Assembly: GCA_963763075.1 (NCBI GenBank)
Contig: CAVXNF010000006.1
Coordinates: 159,728-223,727, forward strand
Reading direction: 5' to 3'
From: an uncultured Chloroflexia bacterium
GTDB taxonomy: Bacteria > Chloroflexota > Limnocylindria > Limnocylindrales > CSP1-4
DNA: 64,000 nt
The stretch's first letter is position 1. Each line of letters starts with the position of its first letter. The notes beneath the pieces are model-generated. The model was not told the origin of the DNA, ran no database searches, and saw nothing but the letters and a program-made list of their open reading frames with translations. This document shows, piece after piece, positions 1 to 9,776 of the stretch. Made by a program: the position numbers and the translations under genes.

Positions 1-330
1 TGGACGGCGGCCGGCCACCAGCGCGAGCCAAGGGTCTCGGTGAGCCGCAGCATCTTCGCGCTCGTCGACGATCGCGACCGCGCCTACTTCGGGAGGGGAG
101 GGGAGGAGTCGGACAAGGTCGGCTACCTCGATGCCCAGACGAAGGCGATCTTCGGACGCTCCTACGCCGCGGAACCCGATGCCCTCGTCAAGCAGCTCGC
201 CAGTGACACGGCGATCCAGGCCGCCGACACGCTGCTGCTGACCGTCCCCAACCAGCTCGGCGTCGAGTACAACGCCCACGCGGTCGAGAGCATCCTCAAG
301 TACGTGGCCCCGGACCTCGGCTGGCGCTAG
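1..330 (+). CDS. LLM-class (luciferase-like) flavin-dependent oxidoreductase, C-terminal fragment; the gene starts upstream of the window
   Basis: ORF 40..330 stays open in the same frame back to base 1. The C-terminal ...LLLTVPNQLGVEYNAHAVESILKYVAPDLGW resembles LLM-family C-termini (recognised from memory). Confidence 0.55.
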   Translation, partial: WTAAGHQREPRVSVSRSIFALVDDRDRAYFGRGGEESDKVGYLDAQTKAIFGRSYAAEPDALVKQLASDTAIQAADTLLLTVPNQLGVEYNAHAVESILKYVAPDLGWR

Positions 331-404
331 CAGTACCAACGTCGGATGACAGATCCGTCAGAACGTCCGAAGATGTCGCCGCGATCAGGCACGGTGCCCA
401 CCGC

Positions 405-2307
405 GTGCCGACCGCATACGAGCCTCTGATGATCGACCAGCCCACCGCCGCAGCCGACGGAGCTGCCACCGCGTCCACGCCCGGCGAGCTCGCGGCTCGG
501 CCCAGGCGTCGGCGGTCGCTCGCCCTCCGGTTCGGCGTCTCGTTCGTCCTGGGCGTCCTGCTCGCCGTCGGCCTCGGCGCCGGTGCCCTGTACGCCTGGG
601 GCCAGCAGTACGAGGGCCTGGTCCTGCCCGGCGTCCGCATCGGCAGCACGGAGCTCGGCGGGCTCAGCGGCGAACAGGCCGCGGCGGCGATCGAGGACGC
701 CTACGCCGACCTTGGCACCGGCGAGATCGCGCTCACCGGACCGGACGGGGAGGTGACGACGATCAGCTACGACTACGTCGAGCGCGGGCCTGACACGCTG
801 GCGCTGGTCGACGCGGCGGTCGCGGCCGGACACCAGGACGACGTCATCGGCGGCCTGATCGACGAACCCCGCGCCGCGATCCACGGCGTCACCCTCGACC
901 CGGCCGTCGTCTACGACCGCGACAAGCTGTCCGCGGCTGTCGCGCATCTCGCCTCAACCATCGACCAGAAGGCTACGGATGCGGCCGTGTCGACTGCAGA
1001 CGGCGGGACGTTCACCGTCGCGCCCGCGAAGGACGGTCGCGCCGTCGACAGGGCGGCCCTCGTGGCGGCGCTCGACGAGCAGCTCGCGGCGTCCGGCACG
1101 CCGGCATCGATCGCGATGGACGTCCCGATGGTGCCGGTGGCCCCGGCCGTCGCCACCGCTTCGGCCGAGGAGGCGAAGGCGGCCGCGGATCGGATGGCCG
1201 ATGACGTCGTCGTCACCGAGGGCAAGGACAGCTGGACCGTCGCCGGCGCGAAGCTCGCGTCGCTGATCTCGTTCTCGACCGCGGCCGACGGGACCATCGC
1301 CCCCGTGCTGCGATGAGGCGGGCCTCGACCCGATCGTCAAGAAGCTCGCCAAGAAGGCGTCTCGGGCGGCGAAGGACGCGAGCCTCAAGCGGGTCGGGAG
1401 CCGCATCGTCGCCACGGGCAAGAGCCGCGATGGCCGCCGGCTCATCATGTCGCGGACCAAGGCGGCGATCATCAGCGAGGTCGGGGCGCGCCAGGCAGGT
1501 GCGGATGCATCGGAGGTCGCGGCCGTCGCCAAGGCCCTCGAGCCGGCACTGTCATCCGCGGACGCAGCTCGGTTCGCGCCGAAGATGCGGGTCATCAGCT
1601 CGTTCAGCGTCTACTACCAGGTCATCGTCAACAACCACTTCGGCGGCAACATCGAGGCGCCGGCGACGAAGATCAACGGCACGGTCGTGCCGCCGGGCGG
1701 GAAGTTCGACTTCTGGGAGGTCGTCGGCAACCTGCGGGCGCTCCCGGGCACCGGGCCGGGCAACGCGATCGAGGGCGGCAAGATCACCGTCACCGGCGCG
1801 TTCGGCGGCGGCATCTGCACCACGTCCACGACGCTGTTCAACGCGGCCTTCCGTGCCGGCATGATCCCGATGGCCCGCCAGAACCACAACGAGTACATCA
1901 CCCGCTACCCGGCGGGCCTCGACGCGACCGTGTGGATCATCGGCAACACCAAGCAGACGATGAGCTTCCGGAACGACACCAACTTCCCGATCCTCATCCA
2001 GCGGGTCATCACCGGCAACAGCGCCAAGCGCTGGCTCACGTTCAAGATCTGGAGCGTGCCGAACCACCGGACCTACAAGATCAGCAACACGGTGATCAAG
2101 CACGGCCCGAAGGCGAAGAGCGTGATCGAGCGGGATCCCAGCAAGCCCGTCGGGTACCGCTACTTCAACAATGCCCCGGCGGACGGCGCCAAGGTGTGGA
2201 CCACCGTGTCGATCTACGACCACGGCAAGCTCCACTGGTCGAAGCGCTACTTCTCGGACTACCCGGCGGTCGACGGCGTCACGGTCGTGGGGACCAAGGG
2301 CTCCTGA
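405..2307 (+). CDS. VanW/YoaR-family protein with an N-terminal TM anchor, repeat region and VanW domain; one frame change near 1310
   Basis: ORF 405..1316 carries a TM segment (FGVSFVLGVLLAVGLGAGALYAW). ORF 1447..2307 carries the VanW-type core FDFWEVVG...GGGICTTSTTLFNAAFRAGM...RQNH. The frame of 1447 is already open and protein-like from about 1313 (EAGLDPIVKKLAKKA...). Confidence 0.8.
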
Positions 2308-2384
2308 CGCCGGCGCCCGGCTGACGACAACGGAGATCGCTGGCGGGCTGGACCGCCGCGACACTCGGGCCGATACTGCCGGAA

Positions 2385-4304
2385 ATGACGGACGCCACGC
2401 CCGCCGCAGCCCGAAGCCGCTACGACGAGCTGTATCAGCGTTCGCTCAGTGACCCCGAGACGTTCTGGCTCGAGCAGGCCGAGCGGCTCGAGTGGACCCG
2501 CAAGCCGGACCGCGCCTTCGAGCCACGCCCGAGGTCGAGCTTCACCTGGTTCCCGGGCGGCCGGACGAACCTCACCACGAACGCGCTCGATCGCCACGTC
2601 GCGGCGGGCCGGGGCGAGGCGACGGCCCTCATCACGCTCGACGAGCGCGGCGGACGGCGCACGTTCACGTACGCGGCGCTGCTCGCCGAGGTCGAGCGGG
2701 TCGCCGCCGGGCTGCGCGGCCTCGGGATCGGCAAGGGCGACCGCCTGACGATCTACATGCCGACCTCCGCCGAGGCGATCATCGCGATGCTCGCGACTGT
2801 CCGGATCGGGGCGATCCACTGCGTCGTCTTCGCCGGCTTCGGGGCCGGCGCGCTGGGCGAGCGGATCCGGGCGAGCGGCTCGCGCCTCGTCCTGACGACG
2901 GACATCACGTACCGCAAGGGCAAGGACGTCGACCTCCTCGCGATCGTCGACGACGCCATCGACGCCGGGCCGAGCGACGTGGAGCGCGTCGTCGTGCTGC
3001 GGCGGTCGGACGCGTCCCGCCCGCCGCGCGACGGCGAGCTGGCGTGGGACGACCTCCTCGGGGCAGGGGAGGGGCAGTCGGGCGCGGTGGAGGACACGGC
3101 AGCTGAGGATCCGGCGTTCATCCTCGCCACCTCCGGCACCACGGCGAAGCCGAAGCTCGCCGTCCACACCCATGGCGGGTATGCCGTCCACATCGCCTCG
3201 ATGGGCGACTGGGTGTTCGGGCTGCGCCAGGGCGACACGTGGTGGTCGACCTCGGATATCGGCTGGGTCGTCGGCCACAGCTACATCGTCTATGCCCCGT
3301 TGATGGCCGGCGCCACGACGATCGCCTACGAGGGCGGGCTCGACCACCCGGACGCCGAGGCGCCGTGGGCGATCCTCGAGCGCGAACGGGTCACCGGGGT
3401 GTTCAGCTCACCGACCGGCATCCGGCTCCTGATGCGCTATGGCGAGGAGATCCCGAAGCGGCACGACCTGGGCCGGCTGGAGCGGGCGTTCTCGGCCGGC
3501 GAGGTGCTCAACGCCCCCGCCTGGGAGTGGCTGCAGCACACGGTGTTCGACGATCGCGTACCCGTCATCGACCACATGTGGCAGACCGAGACGGGCGGGC
3601 CGATCTTCGGCAACCCCTATGGCTACGGGCTCCTGCCCATCAAGCCCGGATCGGCCGGCATCCCGCTGCCCGGGATCGACGCGGACGTCGTCGACCAGGA
3701 CGGCAACCCGGTCGGGGTGGGGGAGAAGGGGATCATGCGGATCAAGCGGCCGTTCCCCGGCTTGATCGCGACCCTGTGGGGCGAGCCCGAGCGCTACGTC
3801 ACCGACTACTGGGAGAAGACGCCGGGCGGGTACTACGTGGGTGACGCCGCGCACGTCGACGCGGACGGCTACGTCTGGTTCGCCGGCCGGGCCGACGAGA
3901 TCATCAAGATCGCCGACCACCGCCTCGGGACCATCGAGATCGAGACCGCGTTCATGCGCCATCCCGCGGTCGCGGAAGCGGGCGTCACCGGGGTCCCCGA
4001 CGAGCTGCGCGGCCACGTGATCGAGGCGTTCGTCGCGCTCAGGGCGGGCTACGAGTGGTCGGACGAGCTCCACGGCGAGCTGCTCAAGACCGTCCGCCAC
4101 GAGCTGGGGCCGGTGGCGGTCATCGGCCACCTCCAGGTGGTCGCGATGCTGCCGAAGACCCGCAGCGGCAAGATCATGCGGCGGGTGCTCAAGGCCGTGG
4201 CGCTGGGCCTCGACCCCGGCGACATCAGCACGATCGAGGACGAGGGCTCCGTCGACGAGGCCCGACGCGCGGTCGAGGAGATGCGGGCCGGCATCATCGC
4301 CTGA
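2385..4304 (+). CDS. AMP-forming acyl-CoA synthetase (acetate/propionate--CoA ligase family)
   Basis: Intact 639-aa ORF. It has the N-terminal ...FWLEQAERLEWTRKP..., the TSGTTAKPK AMP-binding motif, and the C-terminal LPKTRSGKIMRRVLK. Confidence 0.85.
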   Translation: MTDATPAAARSRYDELYQRSLSDPETFWLEQAERLEWTRKPDRAFEPRPRSSFTWFPGGRTNLTTNALDRHVAAGRGEATALITLDERGGRRTFTYAALLAEVERVAAGLRGLGIGKGDRLTIYMPTSAEAIIAMLATVRIGAIHCVVFAGFGAGALGERIRASGSRLVLTTDITYRKGKDVDLLAIVDDAIDAGPSDVERVVVLRRSDASRPPRDGELAWDDLLGAGEGQSGAVEDTAAEDPAFILATSGTTAKPKLAVHTHGGYAVHIASMGDWVFGLRQGDTWWSTSDIGWVVGHSYIVYAPLMAGATTIAYEGGLDHPDAEAPWAILERERVTGVFSSPTGIRLLMRYGEEIPKRHDLGRLERAFSAGEVLNAPAWEWLQHTVFDDRVPVIDHMWQTETGGPIFGNPYGYGLLPIKPGSAGIPLPGIDADVVDQDGNPVGVGEKGIMRIKRPFPGLIATLWGEPERYVTDYWEKTPGGYYVGDAAHVDADGYVWFAGRADEIIKIADHRLGTIEIETAFMRHPAVAEAGVTGVPDELRGHVIEAFVALRAGYEWSDELHGELLKTVRHELGPVAVIGHLQVVAMLPKTRSGKIMRRVLKAVALGLDPGDISTIEDEGSVDEARRAVEEMRAGIIA

Positions 4305-4338
4305 GGGCGATGGGGAGGGGAGGCCGGGGCCTCAGGCG
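4298..4338. terminator. Candidate bidirectional hairpin between the convergent acyl-CoA synthetase and SRPBCC genes
   Basis: CGCCTGAGG (4298-4306) pairs with CCTCAGGCG (4330-4338) around a G-rich 23-nt loop. Both stop codons lie inside the arms. The loop is large, so this is weak. Confidence 0.25.
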
Positions 4339-4772
4339 GGAGGCGTCGGCGCCTCGCGCTCGGCGATGCGGGCGAACTTCTCGAGCTCGCCACGAAAGCT
4401 GCCCTCGTACGAGCCGCGGGAGAAGATCCACGACGAGATCGCCGAGATCACGCCGACCGTCTCGAACGTCTGCGTGATCCGCGTCCCGTCGCCGTCGGGT
4501 TCGAAGGTCGCACTCGACCGGCCGCGGAGGATCAGGTTGCCGAACTTCGTGGCAAACAGCCTCGGGCGCTCGACCTCGAGGATCGTTGTCGGGCTCTTCA
4601 TCGGGCCGAAGTGGACGACGTACGTGGTGCCGGCCTGATCGACGGGCCCGGACACGTCGCTGACGCCGGTCACCCCGCCGACCCATTCGCCCATGCGCTC
4701 GAGGTTCGTCCAGAGCGCGAACACCTGGTCAGGCGGCGCCGCGACGTGCGTGGTGATGGTGTATCGAGCCAC
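4332..4772 (-). CDS. SRPBCC (START/polyketide-cyclase-like) family protein
   Basis: Intact 146-aa ORF beginning MARYTITTHVAAPPDQVFALWTNLERMGEWV..., which is typical of the SRPBCC fold family. Confidence 0.7.
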   Translation of the reverse strand: MARYTITTHVAAPPDQVFALWTNLERMGEWVGGVTGVSDVSGPVDQAGTTYVVHFGPMKSPTTILEVERPRLFATKFGNLILRGRSSATFEPDGDGTRITQTFETVGVISAISSWIFSRGSYEGSFRGELEKFARIAEREAPTPPA

Positions 4773-4775
4773 GGC

Positions 4776-5210
4776 TCATCGCTTCCCGAACCCGGGCAGG
4801 GCAGCGGCCTGTTCCATCCACGACGTGACCTGGTCGTCGTCGAGGTCGTCGAGGGACGCGAGATCCACGCCGCGGGTCGTCTTGCCCATCCCGATCGGGG
4901 TCGCCGGCGGGACGGGCGTGAGTGACGTGCCGCGCCCGAAGGCGAGCTTGACGTGCCCCTCGAAGCCGCCGCACGCGAAACACCAGCCATCGCCGACGCC
5001 GTACCACGCCATGCCCCACTTGATGGCGCGCTGGAGGCCGGGGAGCGTCTCGGCCGCCAGCGCATCGACGCGCTCGGCGATGGCGCGTTGCGGCTGCGGC
5101 AGGCTGGCGATGTAGGCGAAGACCGGCTTGTCGCCGAGCGCGGCCTTCGCGGGGCTCGCCTTACCGGTCATGGCCGCCGGCAGCTGGTATCCCTTGTCGG
5201 GCGGCGTCAT
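4776..5210 (-). CDS. DUF1801 (YdhG-like) domain protein
   Basis: The protein-like part of ORF 4776..5387 starts at the internal ATG at 5210 (MTPPDKGYQLP...AIKWGMAWYGVGDGWCFACGGFEGHVKLAF...). The upstream part of the ORF is Arg/Pro-rich shadow. Confidence 0.7.
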   Translation of the reverse strand: MTPPDKGYQLPAAMTGKASPAKAALGDKPVFAYIASLPQPQRAIAERVDALAAETLPGLQRAIKWGMAWYGVGDGWCFACGGFEGHVKLAFGRGTSLTPVPPATPIGMGKTTRGVDLASLDDLDDDQVTSWMEQAAALPGFGKR

Positions 5211-5365
5211 GAGGCCGACACCGCCAGGAACGGCTCGACGACCGCCAGGACCTGATCGGTGGCGGACAGGCCGGTCCGGTGATCGAGGCCGGCGGCGCGG
5301 GCGGGTTCCGCCCCTGAGGCGGCGCGGTACGTCGGGAAGCCGCGACGGACCTCGGGCAGCGCCAT
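5207..5365 (-). CDS. Small ORF (52 aa) translationally coupled to the DUF1801 gene
   Basis: It starts at ATG 5365 (MALPEVRRGFPTYRAAS...) and its stop overlaps the DUF1801 start as ATGA (5207-5210). No family was recognised. It could be a fragment of a frame-broken larger gene. Confidence 0.25.
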   Translation of the reverse strand: MALPEVRRGFPTYRAASGAEPARAAGLDHRTGLSATDQVLAVVEPFLAVSAS

Positions 5366-5594
5366 GGTTCGACCTCGCATGATCCAAGCCCGGCCACGAC
5401 CCGCGACCGATTCGCGGTGCGTCCGCGCGGCTGTCCTGTCGACGCGCACCTGAGCGAGCGTGTGGACGGTCACGAACCGACCCTCATTCCTCGGAGTGTA
5501 GGCCCGCTGACGATGTTCGCGGAGACGCCCTGGGTGGGCTCGGGCCTTGCTCTCCGCGTTGAGCGATCGCGGCGTACCGGCGCGAGCTGAGGCC

Positions 5595-5614
5595 GCTAGG
5601 CCGGACGGCCTAGC
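5595..5614. other. Perfect 8-bp hairpin GCTAGGCC-GGAC-GGCCTAGC in a ~330-nt non-coding gap
   Basis: Read directly from the sequence. The arms are 5595-5602 and 5607-5614, with a 4-nt loop. Confidence 0.4.
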
Positions 5615-5701
5615 ACCATCGGGTCCTAGCCTCCCGGTACCTGGACAGGCCACCATCCCCGCGCTGGGGGCGCTGGGCCTCGCGGCGGCAGGGGTGGACC
5701 G

Positions 5702-5830
5702 ATGACCAGAGCACCGGAATTCTCGACGGATGTGAAGCGACGTCGTCGCGTTGCCGCGGCGGTCTATGTCGTCGTGCTCGTCGCCCTCGCGCTCCTCGTC
5801 GCCTGGCGGCTCGCCTCGCCGCTGTCCTAG
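5702..5830 (+). CDS. Candidate 42-aa single-pass membrane peptide
   Basis: It runs from ATG 5702 to TAG 5828-5830 and translates to MTRAPEFSTDVKRRRRVAAAVYVVVLVALALLVAWRLASPLS, a positively charged patch followed by a hydrophobic helix. G-rich sequence (GGGGTGGA) lies upstream. It is too short for the ORF track. Confidence 0.3.
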   Translation: MTRAPEFSTDVKRRRRVAAAVYVVVLVALALLVAWRLASPLS

Positions 5831-5873
5831 GTCGCGCCGTCCAGCCTGGCCGGCGTGGGAGTGGGGAAAGCGC

Positions 5874-6420
5874 TCAGTCCTCGATGAGGCTCACCAGCTT
5901 TGTCGTCGTCGTCCAGCTGCGGATCGTCATCGACGCGTACATCGGGCTGGCCGCGATCTTGCCCAGGCGACTCTTTGTCCGCTGGGCACTCAGCCGCTGC
6001 GAATAGATGACGCCCTTGCCCGGCCAGACCGTGTCGACCCCGTCGCGCGGGTCGAACGCTGCCATCGCCTTGGTCGCCGAGATCCCCATCAGGAAGATCG
6101 CGTCGCTGTGGTACTTCTCGGGCTCATCGCCGAAGCCGCGCGGCCGGTCGGCGACGATGGCCCGCAGCTTGGCGGCGGTCAGGACGTGGACGGCGATCTG
6201 CTCGGTCTGTGAGCTTGAACGCCTTCGGCAGTGCTCCTTCGATCTCCCGCTTGATCCCATCAGGCTTGTGCTTGGAGCTGAGGATCGCGTTGCCGCTCGC
6301 GATGTACGTGACGACGTCCTCGTAGCCCAGCTCGCCGAGCACCTCGCGCAGGCGCGCCATCGGCACGGGGTTCTTGCCGCCGACGTTGATCCCGCGCAGG
6401 AGCACCACGTATCTCGTCAC
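5874..6420 (-). CDS. DUF1697 domain protein; one frame change near 6208
   Basis: It starts at GTG 6420 (VTRYVVLLRGINVGGKNPVPMARLREVLGELGYEDVVTYIASGN) in the frame of ORF 6124..6702. The C-terminal part (EQIAVHVLTAAKLRAIVADRP...) lies in ORF 5874..6260. Confidence 0.75.
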
Positions 6421-6502
6421 GTCTCGAGGGTAGACGAGTGCACACTCGCAGGCTGGCCGGGGTAGGGGAGGGTCAGCCGGCCGTCGCCGAATCGGCCCCG
6501 CG

Positions 6503-7057
6503 TCAGTCTTGCCCGAACGTCCAGCGCGTCGCCTCGTGGTGGCGGTCGTCGTCGAACATCCCGTGCATCCCCGGCAGCCCGAAGACCGTCGTCGGCTCGA
6601 GCCGGTAGATCGCATACGGCGGGGGACCGGCGGTGGGGCCGTGCGGCCCGTAGACGTCACTGCCGCGCGCCTCGAGCGGCCAACCCTGGCCACCGAACTC
6701 ATCGGCGAGCCGCCGGACGGTCGCCTCGTCGGTGATCCGCCTCGCCCTGCCCTCGACGATCAGGTCCATCGACGGCATCGTCAGGTTCCCGGTCCCGATC
6801 ACGCACCGCTCGTCGGCCGCCAGGTTGCGTCCCTTCCGCGTGCTCGGCCCCGCGAGGAAGTGGAACGCGCCGTCGATCCAGAAGGCGATGAGCGGCATGA
6901 GGTGCGGCGACCCGTCGGGCCGCACGGTGGCGAGCCAGTGGTTCTGGCCCGGCGCCGGGTGCTGCAGGCGGTCCAGGGCGACGTCCCAGGCCGTCGTCTG
7001 CGCCTGGCCGTCGACCATCGGCGTCGCGGACGCGGGGACGCGAGCGTCGGTCGTCAT
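6503..7057 (-). CDS. Pyridoxamine 5'-phosphate oxidase-family (PNPOx-like) flavoprotein
   Basis: It uses the internal ATG at 7057, preceded by GGAGGA. The sequence ...HWLATVRPDGSPHLMPLIAFWIDGAFHFLAGPSTRKGRNL... matches the family. Confidence 0.75.
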   Translation of the reverse strand: MTTDARVPASATPMVDGQAQTTAWDVALDRLQHPAPGQNHWLATVRPDGSPHLMPLIAFWIDGAFHFLAGPSTRKGRNLAADERCVIGTGNLTMPSMDLIVEGRARRITDEATVRRLADEFGGQGWPLEARGSDVYGPHGPTAGPPPYAIYRLEPTTVFGLPGMHGMFDDDRHHEATRWTFGQD

Positions 7058-7122
7058 CAGGGTCCGTCCTCCAGGTGGTGAGTGCCGCCACGTCCGCGCG
7101 ACTCGCTCACGTGTCGTCGATG

Positions 7123-9468
7123 CTAGCTGGGCACTGGAACGGGCTCGTGGGGGGCCGTCGTCTCGTCGTCCTCGGCGTGGTTGAACCCGAGCCGGCTGGC
7201 GAAGCGGCCCAGCGGCCCGGGCGCCCACCAGTTCCACTTGCCCATCAGCCGCATCGTGGCCGGAACGAGCAGGATCCGGACGATCGTGGCGTCGATGAGG
7301 ACGGCGATCGCCATGCCCACGCCGATGCTCTTGATCGTGATCGACTCGGCCAGCGCGAAGGCCGAGAACACCGTGACCATGATCAGCGCCGCGCCGGTGA
7401 TGACGCCGGCGGTCTTGGCCAGCCCCTCGGCGACGGAGGCCGTGTTGTCGCCGGTTCGGCGATACGCCTCCTGGATGCGCGAGAGCAGCAGGACCTCGTA
7501 GTCCATCGACAGGCCGAACAGGACCGAGAACATGATGATCGGGTTGCCGGCCACGGTGAACCCGGGCGACGTGAACCCGAGGATGTTCGAGAAGTTGCCC
7601 TCCTGGAAGATGAACACCAGGGCCCCGAACGAGGCCGTGATCGAGAGCAGGGTCATGAGCACGGCCTTGATCGGGATCACCACCGAGCCGAACAGGAAGA
7701 ACAGGATCAGGGCGCTCGCGCCCAGCGTCAGGCCGATCGCGTACGGGATCGTCTCGGACTGGCTGGTCATGAAGTCGTGGCCCGTGGCTGCGAGTCCACC
7801 GACCTGGGTCGTGATGCCGTCGACGGCGGTCGAGCGCACGCTGGGTACGACCGCCGTTCCATCCGGGCTGAGCGGCGCGAGCGGGCTGATCGCGTCGAGC
7901 CGGACGGTCGAGCCACGGATGTAGGCCGCCTCGAGCTGGTCGAGGCCGGCCGCGAGCTCGGGCGGCAGCTGATCACGCGGTGTGGCGAACAGGGCGGCGA
8001 TCCCGGCTGCGTCGAGCGCGGCGCCCGTGGCCGGGTCGTGCAGGTTCGCGAACGGCCCTTCGACCCGGTCGACGCCTTCGATGCCGCCGATCGCGGCCGA
8101 GAGGTCGAGTACGCGCTGGACGTTGGCCGCGTCGGTGGGGGAGCCGTCGACGTCGGCGAGGACGATGATCGGCGAGGTCTCACCGGCGCGGAAGTCGCGC
8201 GACAGCGCGACCGCGGCCTCGCGGCTCTCGATGCCCGCGGGCAGGATCGACGCGTCCGGGATGCCCTGCTCGAGACGCAGGTAGGGGGCGCCCATCAGCA
8301 GCAGCAGCGCGAGGGTGGGGATCAGCACGGCGACCGGTCGGCGCATGACCCAGTGGGCCATGCGCTCCCAGCGCGACTCGCGGGCGACGTCCGCCGCGAC
8401 GCCAACGGGACGGCCGAAGAGGCGCCGCACCCTGTCGCGCAGGGCGGCAGTACCGCCGGCATTGACCCGCGGGCCGAGCATGCCCAGGACGGCCGGGAGG
8501 AAGGTCAGCGCATACAGCACGGACGCGGCCACGGTCAGCGCGCCACCGATGCCGAACGAGCGCAGGGCGGCCGGTTCGAACAGCAGGAGCCCGGACAGTC
8601 CGACGGCGACGGCCAACCCGGAGAATGCGACGGCCTTGCCACTCGTCGCGGTCGTGATCTCGACGGCGGTGGCGACGTCACGGCCGCGGCGCAGCTCCTC
8701 GCGGAAGCGGCTCACCATGAACAGCGAGTAGTCGATGGCCAGGGCCAGGCCCAGCATCGTCGCCACGTTCTGGACGTAGATGGACAGCTCGGTGACCTGC
8801 GCGGCGAGGTACACGCCGGCGAGGGTCGTCGGGATGGCAAGGGCCGCGACGACGAGCGGCATCCCCGCAGCGATCAGCGAGGAGAAGACGAGGATGAGGA
8901 TCAGCGCCGCGAACGGGAGCGACACCGTCTCCGCCTGGACCAGCTCCTTCTCGGACTGGACGGCCTGGTCCTCGGTCGCCGGCCCGACACCGGTCAGGAG
9001 CAGGGTGAGGTCCGGGGCTGGTCGATGAGCGCGCGCAGGTCATGCATCTCGTCGACGGCCGCTTCGTCGGTGATCGACAGGCGGACGACCGTGTACGCGG
9101 CGGTGCCGTCCGTGCTGATGAACCGGTCGTCGCCGGTCTCCGCGTAGCCGAACGTGCCGTCGACGCGGTCGTCGGCGACGAGCCGCTCGAGCGCCGTCGC
9201 GATCGTGGCCTGGAACTCGGGCGAGCGCGCGTCCGCGTCGGCGCCGCCCTGGAAGACCGCGACGATCGAGCCGCCCGATGCCCCGAATTCGTCCTCGAGA
9301 CGGTCGGCGACCGCCACCGACTCGCTGTTCGGGTCGGACCAGCCGCCGGCGCTCAGCGACCCGGTGACCTGCGCGGCGAGAAACGCGGAGCCGACCGCGA
9401 GGAGGATGGCGAGGACGACGATCGGGACGGCGGAAGCGGTAGGTGAACGCTCCCCAGCGGCGGAACAT
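7123..9468 (-). CDS. MMPL-family (RND-type) membrane transporter; at least 2 frame changes
   Basis: The N-terminus MFRRWGAFTYRFRRP (ATG 9468) is in ORF 9040..9528. The next part (IVVLAILLAVGSAFLAAQVTGSLSAGGWSDPNSES...) is in ORF 8994..10010. The remaining 600 aa are in ORF 7123..8925 (ALAIDYSLFMVSRFREELRRG...). Confidence 0.85.
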
Positions 9469-9776
9469 GGGCGGGACGGCTCCAGTCTGTCGTGGCGGTC
9501 GTGTGGCAGCAACGATAGAGAATGCCACCTTCGAGTCGTCCGCGGGCCGCTACGGTGGCATCGGCCCTGATGTCGGGGCCCGTTAGGGGCAAGTGGTTCC
9601 GTGCTCATGAGGAGGACGTCCGATCGGGCATCGTGCGTCGTCTGCACCCACACAGAGCCGTCGTTTGTTGCCGACGTGAAGCATCGGCGGTAGGCTCCGC
9701 AGAGACGATCGGATTGCCACCAGGGGCCCATCAGGCCGGTGGCGAGTGACACGGTCCCAATGGGGGGAGGGGAGCG

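Noticed and set aside
7075-9147. A 690-aa ORF on the plus strand.
   Set aside because: It is antisense to the MMPL transporter. Its composition (Arg/Asp/Gly/His runs, no hydrophobic core) is typical of high-GC shadow ORFs, while the minus-strand frame has clear MMPL homology.
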